Below are positions 35,190 through 45,906 of a stretch of 64,000 nucleotides of DNA, one piece after another (within the stretch, counting starts at the first letter, position 1; the number at the start of each line of letters is the position of its first letter). Location: positions 8,929 to 72,928 of the forward strand of contig JAOIHS010000006.1 of assembly GCA_028135785.1 (NCBI GenBank), written 5' to 3'. Under the pieces are notes generated by a model, which worked only from the letters and a program-made list of their open reading frames with translations, did no database searches and had not been told where the DNA came from. Made by a program: the position numbers and the translations under genes. Origin of the DNA: SAR86 cluster bacterium. Lineage in GTDB: Bacteria; Pseudomonadota; Gammaproteobacteria; Magnimaribacterales; AG-339-G14.

Positions 35190-37964
35190 ATGTCTGAAAA
35201 AAAATCATACTATTTTCGATTGATCTCATATGTAGCTCCTTACTATGGATTTTTTATTCTTAGTATAATTGGGTTTGTTATTTTTGCAGCTTCTCAAGTA
35301 GCAATTGCTGAATGGTTTAAACAAATTGTAGACTTTGTAGACAATCCAGACCCAAAACAAACATTATTTCTTCCTATAGCTTTAATAGTATTAGCTTTTA
35401 TAAGGGGGATAGGGTTTTATTTAGGAAATTTTTTTATGGCTTATGTATCTAATAAATTGATACATGATCTTAGGTCTGATTTATTTAAGACATTGATTGC
35501 TTTACCTTCTAAATTTTATGATTCAAATAATAGCGGGCACTTATTATCAAGGATTACTTTCAATGTTGGTTTGGTTAAAGACGCAGGAACAGAAGCTATA
35601 AAAGTCATCCTAAGAGAAGGCTTGATAGTAATCGGCTTATTTAGTTACTTGCTTTATCTAAATTGGAAATTATCAACTGTTCTTCTTTTTACAGGACCTT
35701 TTATAGCTGCAATTGTTTATTTTGCCGGAAAAAGACTCAGAAGAATTAGCACTAGACTTCAAGATGCTATGGGAGATGTTACACACGTTAGTTCTGAGTC
35801 CATTAATGCTAATAAAGAAATAAAACTATTTGGACAACAGGAATCTGAATATTTAAAATTTGTATCTGCGAGTAATCAAAATATAAATGCAAATCTAAAG
35901 TTGGAATCAACTAACTCTATAGCATCTCCCTTGATTCAAATAATTCTATCTGTTTCTTTGGCAACAATTACTTGGTTTGCTCTAGACTCTGATGTTATTG
36001 AGGTAATGAGCTCAGGAACTTTTATAGCTTTTTTTGGCGCTGCAGCCATGCTAGCCAAACCAATTCGTCAACTATCCCAGACAAATGCAATGATCCAGAG
36101 AGGATTAGCGGCTTCTGAAGTTATCTTTGACCAAATCGATGAAAAACCTGAAGAAAATTCTGGTAAAGAAATTTTAAACAATTCGGAAGGAAAAATAGAA
36201 TTTAATAAGGTTTCTTTTTCGTATGAAAATGCTGCGATAAAAACATTATCCGGAATATCTTTTATAGTGGAAAAGGGAAAAACTTTAGCTATCGTCGGTT
36301 CTTCAGGGGCTGGAAAATCATCCTTGATCAATCTAATTCCTAGGTTTTATGAAGTTTCAGAAGGAGAGATTCTTTTAGATGAAAGTCCTATAAGTAAATT
36401 TGAAATATCTTCTCTCAGATCGCAAATTTCAGCAGTTGGCCAAACTACAGTTTTATTCAACGATACAATTTTCAATAACATTAAATATGCAAAACCTAAC
36501 GCATCTAATGAAGAAATAATTAATGCATCTAAGCAAGCTCATGCAGATAATTTTATATCTAATTTGCCTGATGGATATGATACAAAAGTTGGTGACGATG
36601 GAGCGCTTTTATCTGGAGGTCAAAGGCAAAGAATCGCTGTAGCCAGAGCATTTTTGAAAAGTTGTTCAATATTAATTTTAGATGAGGCAACTTCTGCTCT
36701 TGATTCTGAATCAGAGAAATTAGTTCAAGAAGCAATTGATGAACTAAAAAAAGGAAAAACGACAATTGTAATAGCGCATCGTTTAGCCACAGTTGAAAAT
36801 GCTGATGAAATTATAGTTTTAAATAAAGGCGAGATTATTGAAAGAGGAAAACACGAGCAATTACTGTCTCTTGAAGGAGAGTATTTTGATCTTTATAAGA
36901 ATCAATTTTCTGATAAAAGCATCAAACCGATGGAAGGTAAAAAAATTATTATTCCTCAAGCAAAAATTGAAGAAACTCCTCCTAAGGGAATGATCCAAAC
37001 TGCTTGGTATGAAGATCACTTGTGGATTAAATTTTTCTTCCCAATATCAATAATATTTAGTTTACTTTCAAGATTTAGAAGAAATAGATTACAGAAGATT
37101 TCTTGGAAACCTAGTCAAAAAGTTATTGTAGTGGGAAATCTTACAGTCGGAGGAAATGGAAAAACGCCATTTGTAATTTGGCTAGCTAAGCTTTTGATAA
37201 GTAAAGGTATGAAACCTGGAATTATTTCTAGAGGATATAAAAGTAATTCAGTTAAGTTTCCTCTTGAGGTTAATAGCAAGACTAGTGTTTTAGCTTCTGG
37301 AGATGAACCAAAATTAATTTCCAACAGCACGCATTGTCCAGTTGTAATTTCTCCGAATAGAGTGGAGGCAGCTCAGTATCTTCTAAAAAAACATAATTGT
37401 GATGTATTAATTAGTGACGATGGAATGCAGCACTATAAACTAGGAAGAGACATTGAGATTGCTTTAGTAGACGGATATAAAAAATTTGGAAATGGGCTTA
37501 CTTTGCCGGCAGGGCCCCTAAGAGAGTCAGTTAGAAGATTGAATGAAGTTGATTATATAGTGAGCGCTAATAAATCTTGGCTTGATGAAGATAATAAATC
37601 CAATAAAGATAAATTAATGACTTATGAGCCCGTTGCCTGGGTTGATTTAAAAACAGGCGCTGAAAAGAAAATTAATGAGTGGCCGTTAGATAAATTAGTT
37701 CATGCAGTTGCAGGGATTGCCTCACCTCAAAACTTCTTCTCTACCTTAAGAAGTTTAGGCTTCGAGGTCATAGAAAATATTTTTCCAGATCATCATGAAT
37801 ACAATAAAGCTGATTTTTCAAGATTAAATGATCTTCCTGTGATAATGACAGAGAAAGATGCTATAAAGTGTAAAAAAATTCCAGGTAATTTTTGGTATCT
37901 TAGAATTGAAGCTAAATTACCAGATGATTTTGCAGAAGAAATTTATTCAAAAATTATCTCTTGA
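35190..37964 (+). CDS. msbA/lpxK: fusion protein: lipid A export ABC transporter MsbA (N-terminal ~580 aa) plus tetraacyldisaccharide 4'-kinase LpxK (C-terminal ~325 aa)
   Basis: Single open frame. MsbA part has 6 TM segments, Walker A GSSGAGKSS, LSGGQRQRIAVARAF and ILILDEATS. The LpxK part begins at in-frame ATG 36990 (MIQTAWYEDHLW...) with P-loop VGNLTVGGNGKTP. Start 35190 preferred over 35166. Confidence 0.85.
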   Translation: MSEKKSYYFRLISYVAPYYGFFILSIIGFVIFAASQVAIAEWFKQIVDFVDNPDPKQTLFLPIALIVLAFIRGIGFYLGNFFMAYVSNKLIHDLRSDLFKTLIALPSKFYDSNNSGHLLSRITFNVGLVKDAGTEAIKVILREGLIVIGLFSYLLYLNWKLSTVLLFTGPFIAAIVYFAGKRLRRISTRLQDAMGDVTHVSSESINANKEIKLFGQQESEYLKFVSASNQNINANLKLESTNSIASPLIQIILSVSLATITWFALDSDVIEVMSSGTFIAFFGAAAMLAKPIRQLSQTNAMIQRGLAASEVIFDQIDEKPEENSGKEILNNSEGKIEFNKVSFSYENAAIKTLSGISFIVEKGKTLAIVGSSGAGKSSLINLIPRFYEVSEGEILLDESPISKFEISSLRSQISAVGQTTVLFNDTIFNNIKYAKPNASNEEIINASKQAHADNFISNLPDGYDTKVGDDGALLSGGQRQRIAVARAFLKSCSILILDEATSALDSESEKLVQEAIDELKKGKTTIVIAHRLATVENADEIIVLNKGEIIERGKHEQLLSLEGEYFDLYKNQFSDKSIKPMEGKKIIIPQAKIEETPPKGMIQTAWYEDHLWIKFFFPISIIFSLLSRFRRNRLQKISWKPSQKVIVVGNLTVGGNGKTPFVIWLAKLLISKGMKPGIISRGYKSNSVKFPLEVNSKTSVLASGDEPKLISNSTHCPVVISPNRVEAAQYLLKKHNCDVLISDDGMQHYKLGRDIEIALVDGYKKFGNGLTLPAGPLRESVRRLNEVDYIVSANKSWLDEDNKSNKDKLMTYEPVAWVDLKTGAEKKINEWPLDKLVHAVAGIASPQNFFSTLRSLGFEVIENIFPDHHEYNKADFSRLNDLPVIMTEKDAIKCKKIPGNFWYLRIEAKLPDDFAEEIYSKIIS

Positions 37965-38719
37965 AAAAAATAGTAATAATTCCAGCAAGATTGCAATCAG
38001 AACGTTTGCCTAATAAGCCATTAAAATTAATTGGAAATAGACCGATGATTCAATGGACTTATCAAGCAGCTTTGAATTCAATAGCTAACGAAGTTTATGT
38101 AGCGACAGATTCAGAAGAAATAAAAAAATTAGTTGAGAGTTTTAATGGAAAGGCTTTTATTACCTCGCAAGATCATCAAACTGGAACGGATAGAGTTTTT
38201 GAAGTTGCTTCCAAATTAAATTTAGAAAATGAAGATATTGTAATTAATGTTCAAGGAGATGAGCCATTTATAGATCCAATGGATATAGATCTCATATTCA
38301 ATTCATTTGATTTTGAAGCAGATGCTGAGTCAAATTTTCACTCAGGATTAAATGATGCAATGAGTCATGGCATGTGTACTCTTTATTCAGGTGTGGATAC
38401 AGGTGAAAATATTGATGATCCTAATGTTGTAAAGGTGAAGGTGGATGAATGTATATCTCTAGATTTCTCAAGAAAAGTATTAGGAGATAAGTCGGAATGG
38501 TTTGTGCATTTAGGAATTTATGGATATAAATTTAGATGTTTGAAAGAATTTGTTAACTTAAATCAAACTGAAAATGAGAAAACCTATAAATTAGAACAAT
38601 TAAGAGCTATTGATAATGGAATTTTAATTAAGGTGCTGCCTTCAAAATCTCTATTTCACTTGGGCGTAGATACCGAAGAGGATTTAAAAGAAGCTAATGA
38701 AATTGCCAAGAAATTTTAA
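37961..38719 (+). CDS. kdsB: 3-deoxy-manno-octulosonate cytidylyltransferase
   Basis: IIPARLQSERLPNKPL and VNVQGDEPFI motifs. TTG start overlaps the preceding TGA. Confidence 0.9.
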   Translation: MKKIVIIPARLQSERLPNKPLKLIGNRPMIQWTYQAALNSIANEVYVATDSEEIKKLVESFNGKAFITSQDHQTGTDRVFEVASKLNLENEDIVINVQGDEPFIDPMDIDLIFNSFDFEADAESNFHSGLNDAMSHGMCTLYSGVDTGENIDDPNVVKVKVDECISLDFSRKVLGDKSEWFVHLGIYGYKFRCLKEFVNLNQTENEKTYKLEQLRAIDNGILIKVLPSKSLFHLGVDTEEDLKEANEIAKKF

Positions 38720-39683
38720 AAATAATTTTAGTTTAAAAAATAATAATTCTTTGAAATTAGATTATAAAAGTGATTTTTATGCAGACTGTAATGGTCTTGA
38801 AGATCTAGGACAGATATACGATTTTATAAATGAAAATAAAATAAATATTTGGGTAATTGGCGAGGGAACAAATTTAGTTATTAAAAATGATTTAAAAGGT
38901 TTAGTTATTAAAAATAATTTAAAAGGTTTTAAAGTTAACAAAAACTTTATAAATGTAGGAGCTGGAGAAAATTGGGATTCAGTTGTTAGCAAAACATTGG
39001 AATTAAATTTATATGGATTAGAGAATTTATCAGGAATTCCTGGATCAGTTGGAGCAGCACCAATTCAAAACATAGGAGCATATGGAGCTGAGGTATCAGA
39101 TTTTATTTCATACGTAGAGGTCATTAATATAAAAAATGGGTGTACTGAAATCTTCTCTAATGAAGAATGCAAATTTATTTATAGAGGTAGTATATTTAAA
39201 AACGAGCCTCACCTTATAATTACAAATGTTTGTTTTTGCCTAAGTAAAGAGTTCAAACCAAATACTCATTATGAGTCATTATCAGGTCAACTCAGCTCTG
39301 CTGAAGATATAAGAAAGCGCGTTTTGCTTATTAGGTCTGAGAAACTTTTAGACTATCTTGAGATCCCAAATGTAGGAAGTTTTTTTCAAAACCCTATTAT
39401 AGAAAAAAAATTATTTAATGATTTACTCATTGATTATCCTGATCTTAAGTACTATCAACTTAATTCTGAGCTTTATAAAATCCCAGCAGCGTGGTTAATA
39501 GAAAAAGCTGGTTGGAAAGGAACTTCTAATGGAGATGCAGGAATTTCAGATAAACATGCATTAATTTTTTATAATCATTCAAAAAAAGTTAATGATATTC
39601 TGACTCATTCATCAGAAGTCGTTAAAAGTATAAGTGATAAATTTAAAATAACGTTGCATTATGAGCCAACTTTTATAAGTTAA
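38697..39683 (+). CDS. murB: UDP-N-acetylenolpyruvoylglucosamine reductase
   Basis: Collinear with E. coli MurB: GEGTNLV, VGAGENW, GLENLSGIPGSVGAAPIQNIGAYG, GSFFQNP. Confidence 0.9.
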   Translation: MKLPRNFKNNFSLKNNNSLKLDYKSDFYADCNGLEDLGQIYDFINENKINIWVIGEGTNLVIKNDLKGLVIKNNLKGFKVNKNFINVGAGENWDSVVSKTLELNLYGLENLSGIPGSVGAAPIQNIGAYGAEVSDFISYVEVINIKNGCTEIFSNEECKFIYRGSIFKNEPHLIITNVCFCLSKEFKPNTHYESLSGQLSSAEDIRKRVLLIRSEKLLDYLEIPNVGSFFQNPIIEKKLFNDLLIDYPDLKYYQLNSELYKIPAAWLIEKAGWKGTSNGDAGISDKHALIFYNHSKKVNDILTHSSEVVKSISDKFKITLHYEPTFIS

Positions 39684-39685
39684 GA

Positions 39686-40255
39686 ATGACTAAAGACATC
39701 AATACAGCAAGCTTGTTTAAGCAAATCTTAGAAGCTCAAAAAAAGGATGGCGAATTGCCCCCTGTGGATAATTGGAATCCTCCATTATGTGAAAACATTA
39801 ATATGAGAATATCTAGAGATGGAAGATGGTTTTTTATGAATTCTCCTATTGGAAGAGAAAAGATGGTTAAGCTCTTTAGCACCGTCCTAAGATTCGATGA
39901 AGATGGTTGTTATTATCTGGTCACTCCGGTAGAAAAAATAAAAATTGAAGTAGAAGATAAGCCTTTTGTCATAACGACCTTTAATAAAGATAATTTAGAT
40001 GGAAAAATCACTTATTTTTTTCAAACTAATATAGGTGATATTGTTCCACTGAATTCTTCTCATCCAATGAGAATCGAAATTAACCCAAAAAATCAAGAAC
40101 CCTCACCGTATCTAATGGTTCGAAAAAATTTAGAAGGTTTAATTTCTAGAAATGTTTATTACCAGTTAATTGAAGAAGCCGAATTAGATCAGAGTATGCA
40201 AGAATTATTTATTTATAGTTCGGGTTCTAAATACTCTTTAGGCAAGATAGATTAA
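39686..40255 (+). CDS. DUF1285-family protein
   Basis: Pattern WNPPLCxxINMRISRDGRWFFMNSPIGREKMVKLFSTVLRFDEDGCYYLVTPVEK matches my recollection of DUF1285. Confidence 0.55.
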   Translation: MTKDINTASLFKQILEAQKKDGELPPVDNWNPPLCENINMRISRDGRWFFMNSPIGREKMVKLFSTVLRFDEDGCYYLVTPVEKIKIEVEDKPFVITTFNKDNLDGKITYFFQTNIGDIVPLNSSHPMRIEINPKNQEPSPYLMVRKNLEGLISRNVYYQLIEEAELDQSMQELFIYSSGSKYSLGKID

Positions 40256-40318
40256 ATATCTTTTTTTTAGAATTACTTCGACTATCAGGATATAGCAAGT
40301 TAATAAGTATTTAATTTA

Positions 40319-41974
40319 TTACATATTAGGATAGTTAGGGCCACCCATTCCTTCAGGGGTAACCCAGACAATGTTTTGGCTTGGATCTTTGATGTCACAA
40401 GTTTTGCAGTGAACGCAATTTTGAGCGTTGATTTGAAAAACTTTTTCTCCTTCTTTCTCAACGACCTCATATACGCCTGCAGGACAATATCTTTGAGCAG
40501 GTTCGTCATACATAGGAAGATTTACAGCAATTGGAATTGTCGAGTCTTTTAAAGTTAAATGACATGGTTGATCTTCTTCATGATTGGTATTTGAAAGAAA
40601 TACAGAAGATAATTTATCGAAACTAACAATTCCATCTGGCTTTGGATAATCAATTTTTTTGCATTCAGAAGCTTTTTTCATGCAAGCGTAGTCTGGAGTA
40701 GAGTGATTTAAAGTAAATGGCAATTTACCTCTAAATATAAATTGATCGGCAGCAGCTAAGACTCCTCCAATTAAAGCTCCAAAGTTATGCAAGAAAGGAG
40801 CCCAATTCCTGCCTTTAAATAGTTCTTTGTCAACCCAAGATGATCTAAACCTTTCCTCGTAATCTATTAAGTCAGAACCAAAATTGTCTTTTGATATTGC
40901 ATCATAGACAGATTCAGCTGCAAGCATTCCAGATTTCATAGCAGTATGAGTTCCTTTAATTTTTGGAAAGTTTAAAGTACCTGCATTATCACCAACAATT
41001 AGGCCTCCAGGGAAAGTCATTTTAGGTCTTGATTGATATCCGCCCTTAATTAGAGCTCTAGCTCCATAAGCAACTCTAGTTCCTTTTTCTAGCATTTTTT
41101 TAATATCTTTATGCTGTTTCCACTGTTGGAATTCATCGAAGGGGCTTAAATGAGGATTTTCATAATCAAGAGGAACAACATATCCTAAGTAAACTTGATT
41201 ATTTTCTCCATGATAAAAATATGATCCAGCTACAGGACCGGAACTAGGCCATCCCAAAGTATGCATTACTGTTCCTTGAGAATGGTATTCTTCAGGTATA
41301 TCCCACACTTCTTTAAATCCTATGCCATAGTGTTGAGGGTCCTTTCCAGCATCTAACTTATATTTAGAAATTAATTGTTTGCCAAGATGACCTCTGCAAC
41401 CTTCTGCAAAAATAGTGTATTTCCCTATTAATTCCATACTGGGCTGGTAAGAAGATTTTTTTTCTCCTTCTTTCGATATTCCCATTTCTCCAGTTACTAT
41501 TCCTTTAACAACATTATCTTTGTACAAAATTTCTGAAGCTGTAAATCCAGGAAATATTTCTATACCCATTGACTCAGCTTGAGTTCCCAGCCATCTACAG
41601 AAGTTAGCAAGGCTCATTACATAGTTACCATGGTTATTAAAAGTAGGAATGAAAAAAGAAGGCAACGGAACGCTTATCGAAAACTTTTCATTAAGCATAT
41701 ATTTGACAATATCTTTTTTAGCTGGATTATTTAATGGCGCTTCTTTGCTTTTCCAATCTGGAATTAATTCGTTCAAGGCAGTTGGCTCAAAAACGTTACC
41801 AGATAAAATATGAGCTCCTATTTCAGAGCCTTTCTCTATCAAACATACGCTTATGTCCTTGTTATCTTTTTCAGCAAGCTGTTTAATTTTAATTGCGGTA
41901 GATAAGCCAGACGGACCTCCACCTACTACGACAACATCGTATTCCATCGAATCTCTAACTAAATCATCATTCAT
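40319..41974 (-). CDS. electron-transfer flavoprotein-ubiquinone oxidoreductase
   Basis: FAD motif VVVVGGGPSGLS and C-terminal 4Fe-4S cluster CPAGVY...CVHCKTCDIKDP. Confidence 0.95.
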   Translation of the reverse strand: MNDDLVRDSMEYDVVVVGGGPSGLSTAIKIKQLAEKDNKDISVCLIEKGSEIGAHILSGNVFEPTALNELIPDWKSKEAPLNNPAKKDIVKYMLNEKFSISVPLPSFFIPTFNNHGNYVMSLANFCRWLGTQAESMGIEIFPGFTASEILYKDNVVKGIVTGEMGISKEGEKKSSYQPSMELIGKYTIFAEGCRGHLGKQLISKYKLDAGKDPQHYGIGFKEVWDIPEEYHSQGTVMHTLGWPSSGPVAGSYFYHGENNQVYLGYVVPLDYENPHLSPFDEFQQWKQHKDIKKMLEKGTRVAYGARALIKGGYQSRPKMTFPGGLIVGDNAGTLNFPKIKGTHTAMKSGMLAAESVYDAISKDNFGSDLIDYEERFRSSWVDKELFKGRNWAPFLHNFGALIGGVLAAADQFIFRGKLPFTLNHSTPDYACMKKASECKKIDYPKPDGIVSFDKLSSVFLSNTNHEEDQPCHLTLKDSTIPIAVNLPMYDEPAQRYCPAGVYEVVEKEGEKVFQINAQNCVHCKTCDIKDPSQNIVWVTPEGMGGPNYPNM

Positions 41975-42189
41975 ATATATTCCCTAATTAAACTATTATA
42001 TTTCAATTTATCAATTTATAGAATTAAGTTCGTCTTCCTACAATACGGAAAAGATGCCAACTACATATACGGTGATTTTGTATTAAAATTATATAAGATT
42101 ATTATTTTCTAGTCTTTGCGAGAAATTCTTATATCCTTTAGAATACTTCTCTTGAAATAAGGCAATAAATCACTATATATAAAACGTAA

Positions 42190-42942
42190 ATGAAAATATT
42201 AGTACCAGTAAAAAGAGTTGTAGATTACAACGTAAAAGTAAGACCAAAGTCTGATGAATCGGGCGTTGACTTAAATAATGTAAAAATGGCTTTAAACCCA
42301 TTTTGTGAAATAGCCATAGAAGAAGCTGTTAAGCTAAAAGAAGCCGGAAAAGTTGAAGAAATAATAGCCGTCACAGTTGGAACTTCTGCTTCCCAAGAGC
42401 AATTGAGGACCACATTAGCATTAGGTGCTGACAGAGCAATCTTGATCGAAACTGATACAGAAACAGAGCCATTAGGAATTTCAAAATTACTTAAAGCTAT
42501 AGTGGAAAAAGAATCTCCCGACTTAATAATTTTAGGCAAACAAGCAATTGACGGAGATAACAATCAAACAGGACAAATGTTAGGAGCTTTACTGGGATAT
42601 CCTCAAGCAACATTTGCATCTGAGGTTAATTTAGAAGGTGACAAGGCAATTGTTACCAGAGAAATAGATGGTGGCTTGCAAACTTTATCTATAAATATGC
42701 CTGCAATTATTACAACTGACTTAAGATTAAATGAACCTCGCTATGCTTCTTTGCCTAATATTATGAAAGCCAAATCAAAACCGTTAGACGTCATACCCGC
42801 AGATGATTTAGGTGTTGATATAACTCCAAGAATGACTACATTAAAAGTGTCACTTCCACCGCAAAGAGAAGCGGGAGTAATGGTTGAAACAGTAGATGAT
42901 TTATTAGATAAACTTAAAAATGAAGCGAAGGTGATTTCATGA
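42190..42942 (+). CDS. etfB: electron transfer flavoprotein beta subunit
   Basis: [19 protein letters not shown]-terminus and [20 protein letters not shown]. Confidence 0.95.
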   Translation: MKILVPVKRVVDYNVKVRPKSDESGVDLNNVKMALNPFCEIAIEEAVKLKEAGKVEEIIAVTVGTSASQEQLRTTLALGADRAILIETDTETEPLGISKLLKAIVEKESPDLIILGKQAIDGDNNQTGQMLGALLGYPQATFASEVNLEGDKAIVTREIDGGLQTLSINMPAIITTDLRLNEPRYASLPNIMKAKSKPLDVIPADDLGVDITPRMTTLKVSLPPQREAGVMVETVDDLLDKLKNEAKVIS

Positions 42943-43868
42943 CAGCATTAGTAATAGCAGAACACAATAACCAGGAACTAAAGCCTGTAACCTTAAATAC
43001 AGTTACTGCCGCTTTAGAGTTAGACCAAGATCTTCATATTCTTGTTGCAGGATCTAACTGCTCAGCAATAGCCGAATCAGCAGCAAAAATTGAAGGAGTT
43101 TCTAAAGTTATCCTAACAGACTCCCTCGAATACGAGAATTGCCTAGCTGAAAATATTTCTATCCTAATTTCAAAAATCAGTGGAGATTATGACTTTATTC
43201 TTGCTCCTACTACAACCAATGGTAAAAATGTAATGCCAAGAGTTGCAGCTTTATTGGATGTTTGTCAGATATCAGATGTTTCAGCTGTTGTTAGTTCTGA
43301 TACCTTTCAAAGGCCAATTTATGCTGGAAATTGTATAGCAACAGTTCAGAGCAACGATCCTAAAAAAGTAATTACTGTCAGAACAACTGGCTTTGATCCG
43401 GCAAATGCAGAATCAGGAGCAGCTGAAATAATTACTCTCCAAGAAGTAAATGATGCAGGTATTTCTCAATTCGTTAAAGAAGAGATTGCTCAATCAGATA
43501 GACCTGAACTTACTGCTGCAGATGTAATAATTTCTGGCGGAAGAGGAATGCAAAATGGAGAGAATTTTTCATTGTTAGAAGGTATAGCAGACAAGCTAGG
43601 AGCAGCGATAGGCGCATCCAGAGCAGCTGTCGATTCAGGGTTTGTTCCAAATGATTATCAAGTTGGCCAAACTGGAAAAATTGTTGCACCAGATTTATAT
43701 ATTGCTGTAGGCATTTCTGGAGCGATACAGCATTTAGCAGGAATGAAAGACAGCAAGGTAATTGTTGCAATTAATAAAGACGAGGATGCACCTATTTTTC
43801 AAGTTGCTGACTATGGATTGGTAGCTGATTTGTTTGAAGCAATGCCGGAGCTAGAATCGAAAATCTAA
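42939..43868 (+). CDS. etfA: electron transfer flavoprotein alpha subunit
   Basis: FAD-binding C-terminal region ISGGRGM...GASRAAVD...[25 protein letters not shown]. Confidence 0.95.
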   Translation: MTALVIAEHNNQELKPVTLNTVTAALELDQDLHILVAGSNCSAIAESAAKIEGVSKVILTDSLEYENCLAENISILISKISGDYDFILAPTTTNGKNVMPRVAALLDVCQISDVSAVVSSDTFQRPIYAGNCIATVQSNDPKKVITVRTTGFDPANAESGAAEIITLQEVNDAGISQFVKEEIAQSDRPELTAADVIISGGRGMQNGENFSLLEGIADKLGAAIGASRAAVDSGFVPNDYQVGQTGKIVAPDLYIAVGISGAIQHLAGMKDSKVIVAINKDEDAPIFQVADYGLVADLFEAMPELESKI

Positions 43869-43918
43869 ATTTACCTAATATACTGATAACCGAATCAGCT
43901 CAAGAATATTTAGCTGAT

Positions 43919-44455
43919 TTGCTCTCAAAACAAGATGCAGATACAAACATTAAAATATTTGTGTCTGAACCTGGTTCTCCTAAGGCAGAAACTTGTATTA
44001 TTTATTGTAAAAAAGGAGAGCAGGAATCAGATGATCAATTAATAGAATTAGAAAAAATAAGTATTTTTTTAGAGAAGATAAGTCTTCCTTTTTTAGAAGA
44101 CACAAAAGTTGATTACAGTCCCGATAAGTTTGGTGGGCAATTAACTATTAGAGCGCCAAATGCCAAAACTCCCGCACTCAAAGAAAACTCAAGTATTGAG
44201 GATAAAATAAATTATTTCTTATACAGCGAAGTAAATCCATCTCTGGCTTCTCATGGTGGAGAAGTTCACTTGGTAGAGGTAATTGATAACTCTAAGGCAG
44301 TGCTCAAATTTGGTGGTGGCTGCCAAGGCTGCGGGATGGTAGATTTAACACTTAGAGATGGTGTCGAGAAAACTTTAAAAGAAAATATTCCTGAGTTAAC
44401 TGAAATTATAGACTCAACTGATCATTCACAAACAGATAACGCTTACTATAAGTAG
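43919..44455 (+). CDS. nfuA: Fe-S cluster biogenesis protein NfuA (true start probably upstream at a non-canonical codon)
   Basis: Nfu domain GGGCQGCGM. The frame is open from 43838 and encodes the conserved NfuA N-terminus (ILITESAQEYLADLL) upstream of the first canonical start, TTG 43919. Confidence 0.8.
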   Translation: MLSKQDADTNIKIFVSEPGSPKAETCIIYCKKGEQESDDQLIELEKISIFLEKISLPFLEDTKVDYSPDKFGGQLTIRAPNAKTPALKENSSIEDKINYFLYSEVNPSLASHGGEVHLVEVIDNSKAVLKFGGGCQGCGMVDLTLRDGVEKTLKENIPELTEIIDSTDHSQTDNAYYK

Positions 44456-44499
44456 CGCAGCGACAAGATTATCTCCTTTTTGGAACATAATAATTTCAT

Positions 44500-45906
44500 A
44501 TGAATGTAAATAAAAAAACTTATGTATTTAACGATACCGAAACAACGGGTCTAAATACCTGGTTCTCTCAGATAATTCAGATAGGGTCTGTTTTGACAGA
44601 TTCAGATTTTTCAGTGACTGAAGAAATAAATATTTCATCTGAAGTGCTGCCATGGGTAGTCCCCACTGTCGGGGCTTACAAAGTTCACAGACAAACTAGC
44701 ACATTAAAAAATGACATGTCGCATTACGACATGATGACTTATTTAAAGAATAAATGGACTGATTGGTCGAAAGGTAATGAATTGGTTCATGTTACATACA
44801 ATGGGATGAAATTTGATGAAGAGCTTTTTAGAAGGCAATTTTATTGGAACTTATACGATCCTTACATGACTAATACTAATGGAGCATCAAGAGTTGACCT
44901 GATGATAGTAGTGATGGTCATAGCTAACTTTTTCTCTGATCAAATTAAAATTCCTCAAGATGAAGAGGGAAAAATAAAATATAAATTAGAACTTTTAGCC
45001 GAAGCAAATGGTATCTCTGCTCAAAATGCACATGATGCAGTAGTTGATTGTTATTTGATGATAAATCTTTTGAGAGTAATTAAAGAAAAAATTCCAGAAG
45101 TATGGAGCTCTGCAGTTTCTGCTTCTTCAAAAGATGGCTGCATGGAATTACTTAAATCTACACCTTTTTGTATGCAAGGAGAGTTATATGGTGGAAAGGC
45201 ATTCTCTTATCCAGTTGTGCCTTGCGGACAAAATCCAAATAATAAAAATGAAGTCATCTTAGTTGATTTATATTTCGATCCAAAAGAGCTTTTTGAGATG
45301 AAAGATTCAGAGTTAAAAGGACAGTTTGGTAGGTCAGGGGCATTTAAAAAAATTGCAATCAATAAAACTATTCCTTTGATAAATGCAAAAAAAATCCCAA
45401 ATCTTTCAAAATTCTTAGACGAACCTGAACAGACTTTAATAGAAAGAGCTGAAATGGTTAGAGATAATTTTGAGTTTCAAGATAGAATTTCTACTATTTT
45501 AGGAGAAAATATTAAACATTGGCCTCCACAAGAAATAGTAGAACAAAGAATTTATGATGGATTTCCTTCTGATTCTGATAGGCTTTGGATGGAAAGGTTT
45601 GAAATAGCGCCTTGGGCAGATAAAGCTTCTTTAGTGGAAGGTTTTGAAGATGCAAGATACAGAGAATTAGCTGAGAGAATTATTTGTTACCAAAGACCTG
45701 AATTTGCATCTTCAAAAATGTTGGATAACTATAATGATTTCGTAAAGACACGGCTTTATTCTAAAGGACCTTGGTTAAAAGACAGAGGTCAGACAATCGA
45801 CCAAGCTATTACTGAGGCTGAAAGCTCTTTAGCCGTTTCAGAAGATGATGATATGAATCAAGTTTTCAAAAGCTTGCTGGATCATTACAGAGAGAAAAAA
45901 GTTTAA
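44500..45906 (+). CDS. sbcB: exodeoxyribonuclease I
   Basis: DEDDh motifs FNDTETTG, YNGMKFDEELFR, AHDAVVDCY, and the C-terminal SH3-like/helical region (RIYDGFPSDSDR). Confidence 0.85.
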   Translation: MNVNKKTYVFNDTETTGLNTWFSQIIQIGSVLTDSDFSVTEEINISSEVLPWVVPTVGAYKVHRQTSTLKNDMSHYDMMTYLKNKWTDWSKGNELVHVTYNGMKFDEELFRRQFYWNLYDPYMTNTNGASRVDLMIVVMVIANFFSDQIKIPQDEEGKIKYKLELLAEANGISAQNAHDAVVDCYLMINLLRVIKEKIPEVWSSAVSASSKDGCMELLKSTPFCMQGELYGGKAFSYPVVPCGQNPNNKNEVILVDLYFDPKELFEMKDSELKGQFGRSGAFKKIAINKTIPLINAKKIPNLSKFLDEPEQTLIERAEMVRDNFEFQDRISTILGENIKHWPPQEIVEQRIYDGFPSDSDRLWMERFEIAPWADKASLVEGFEDARYRELAERIICYQRPEFASSKMLDNYNDFVKTRLYSKGPWLKDRGQTIDQAITEAESSLAVSEDDDMNQVFKSLLDHYREKKV

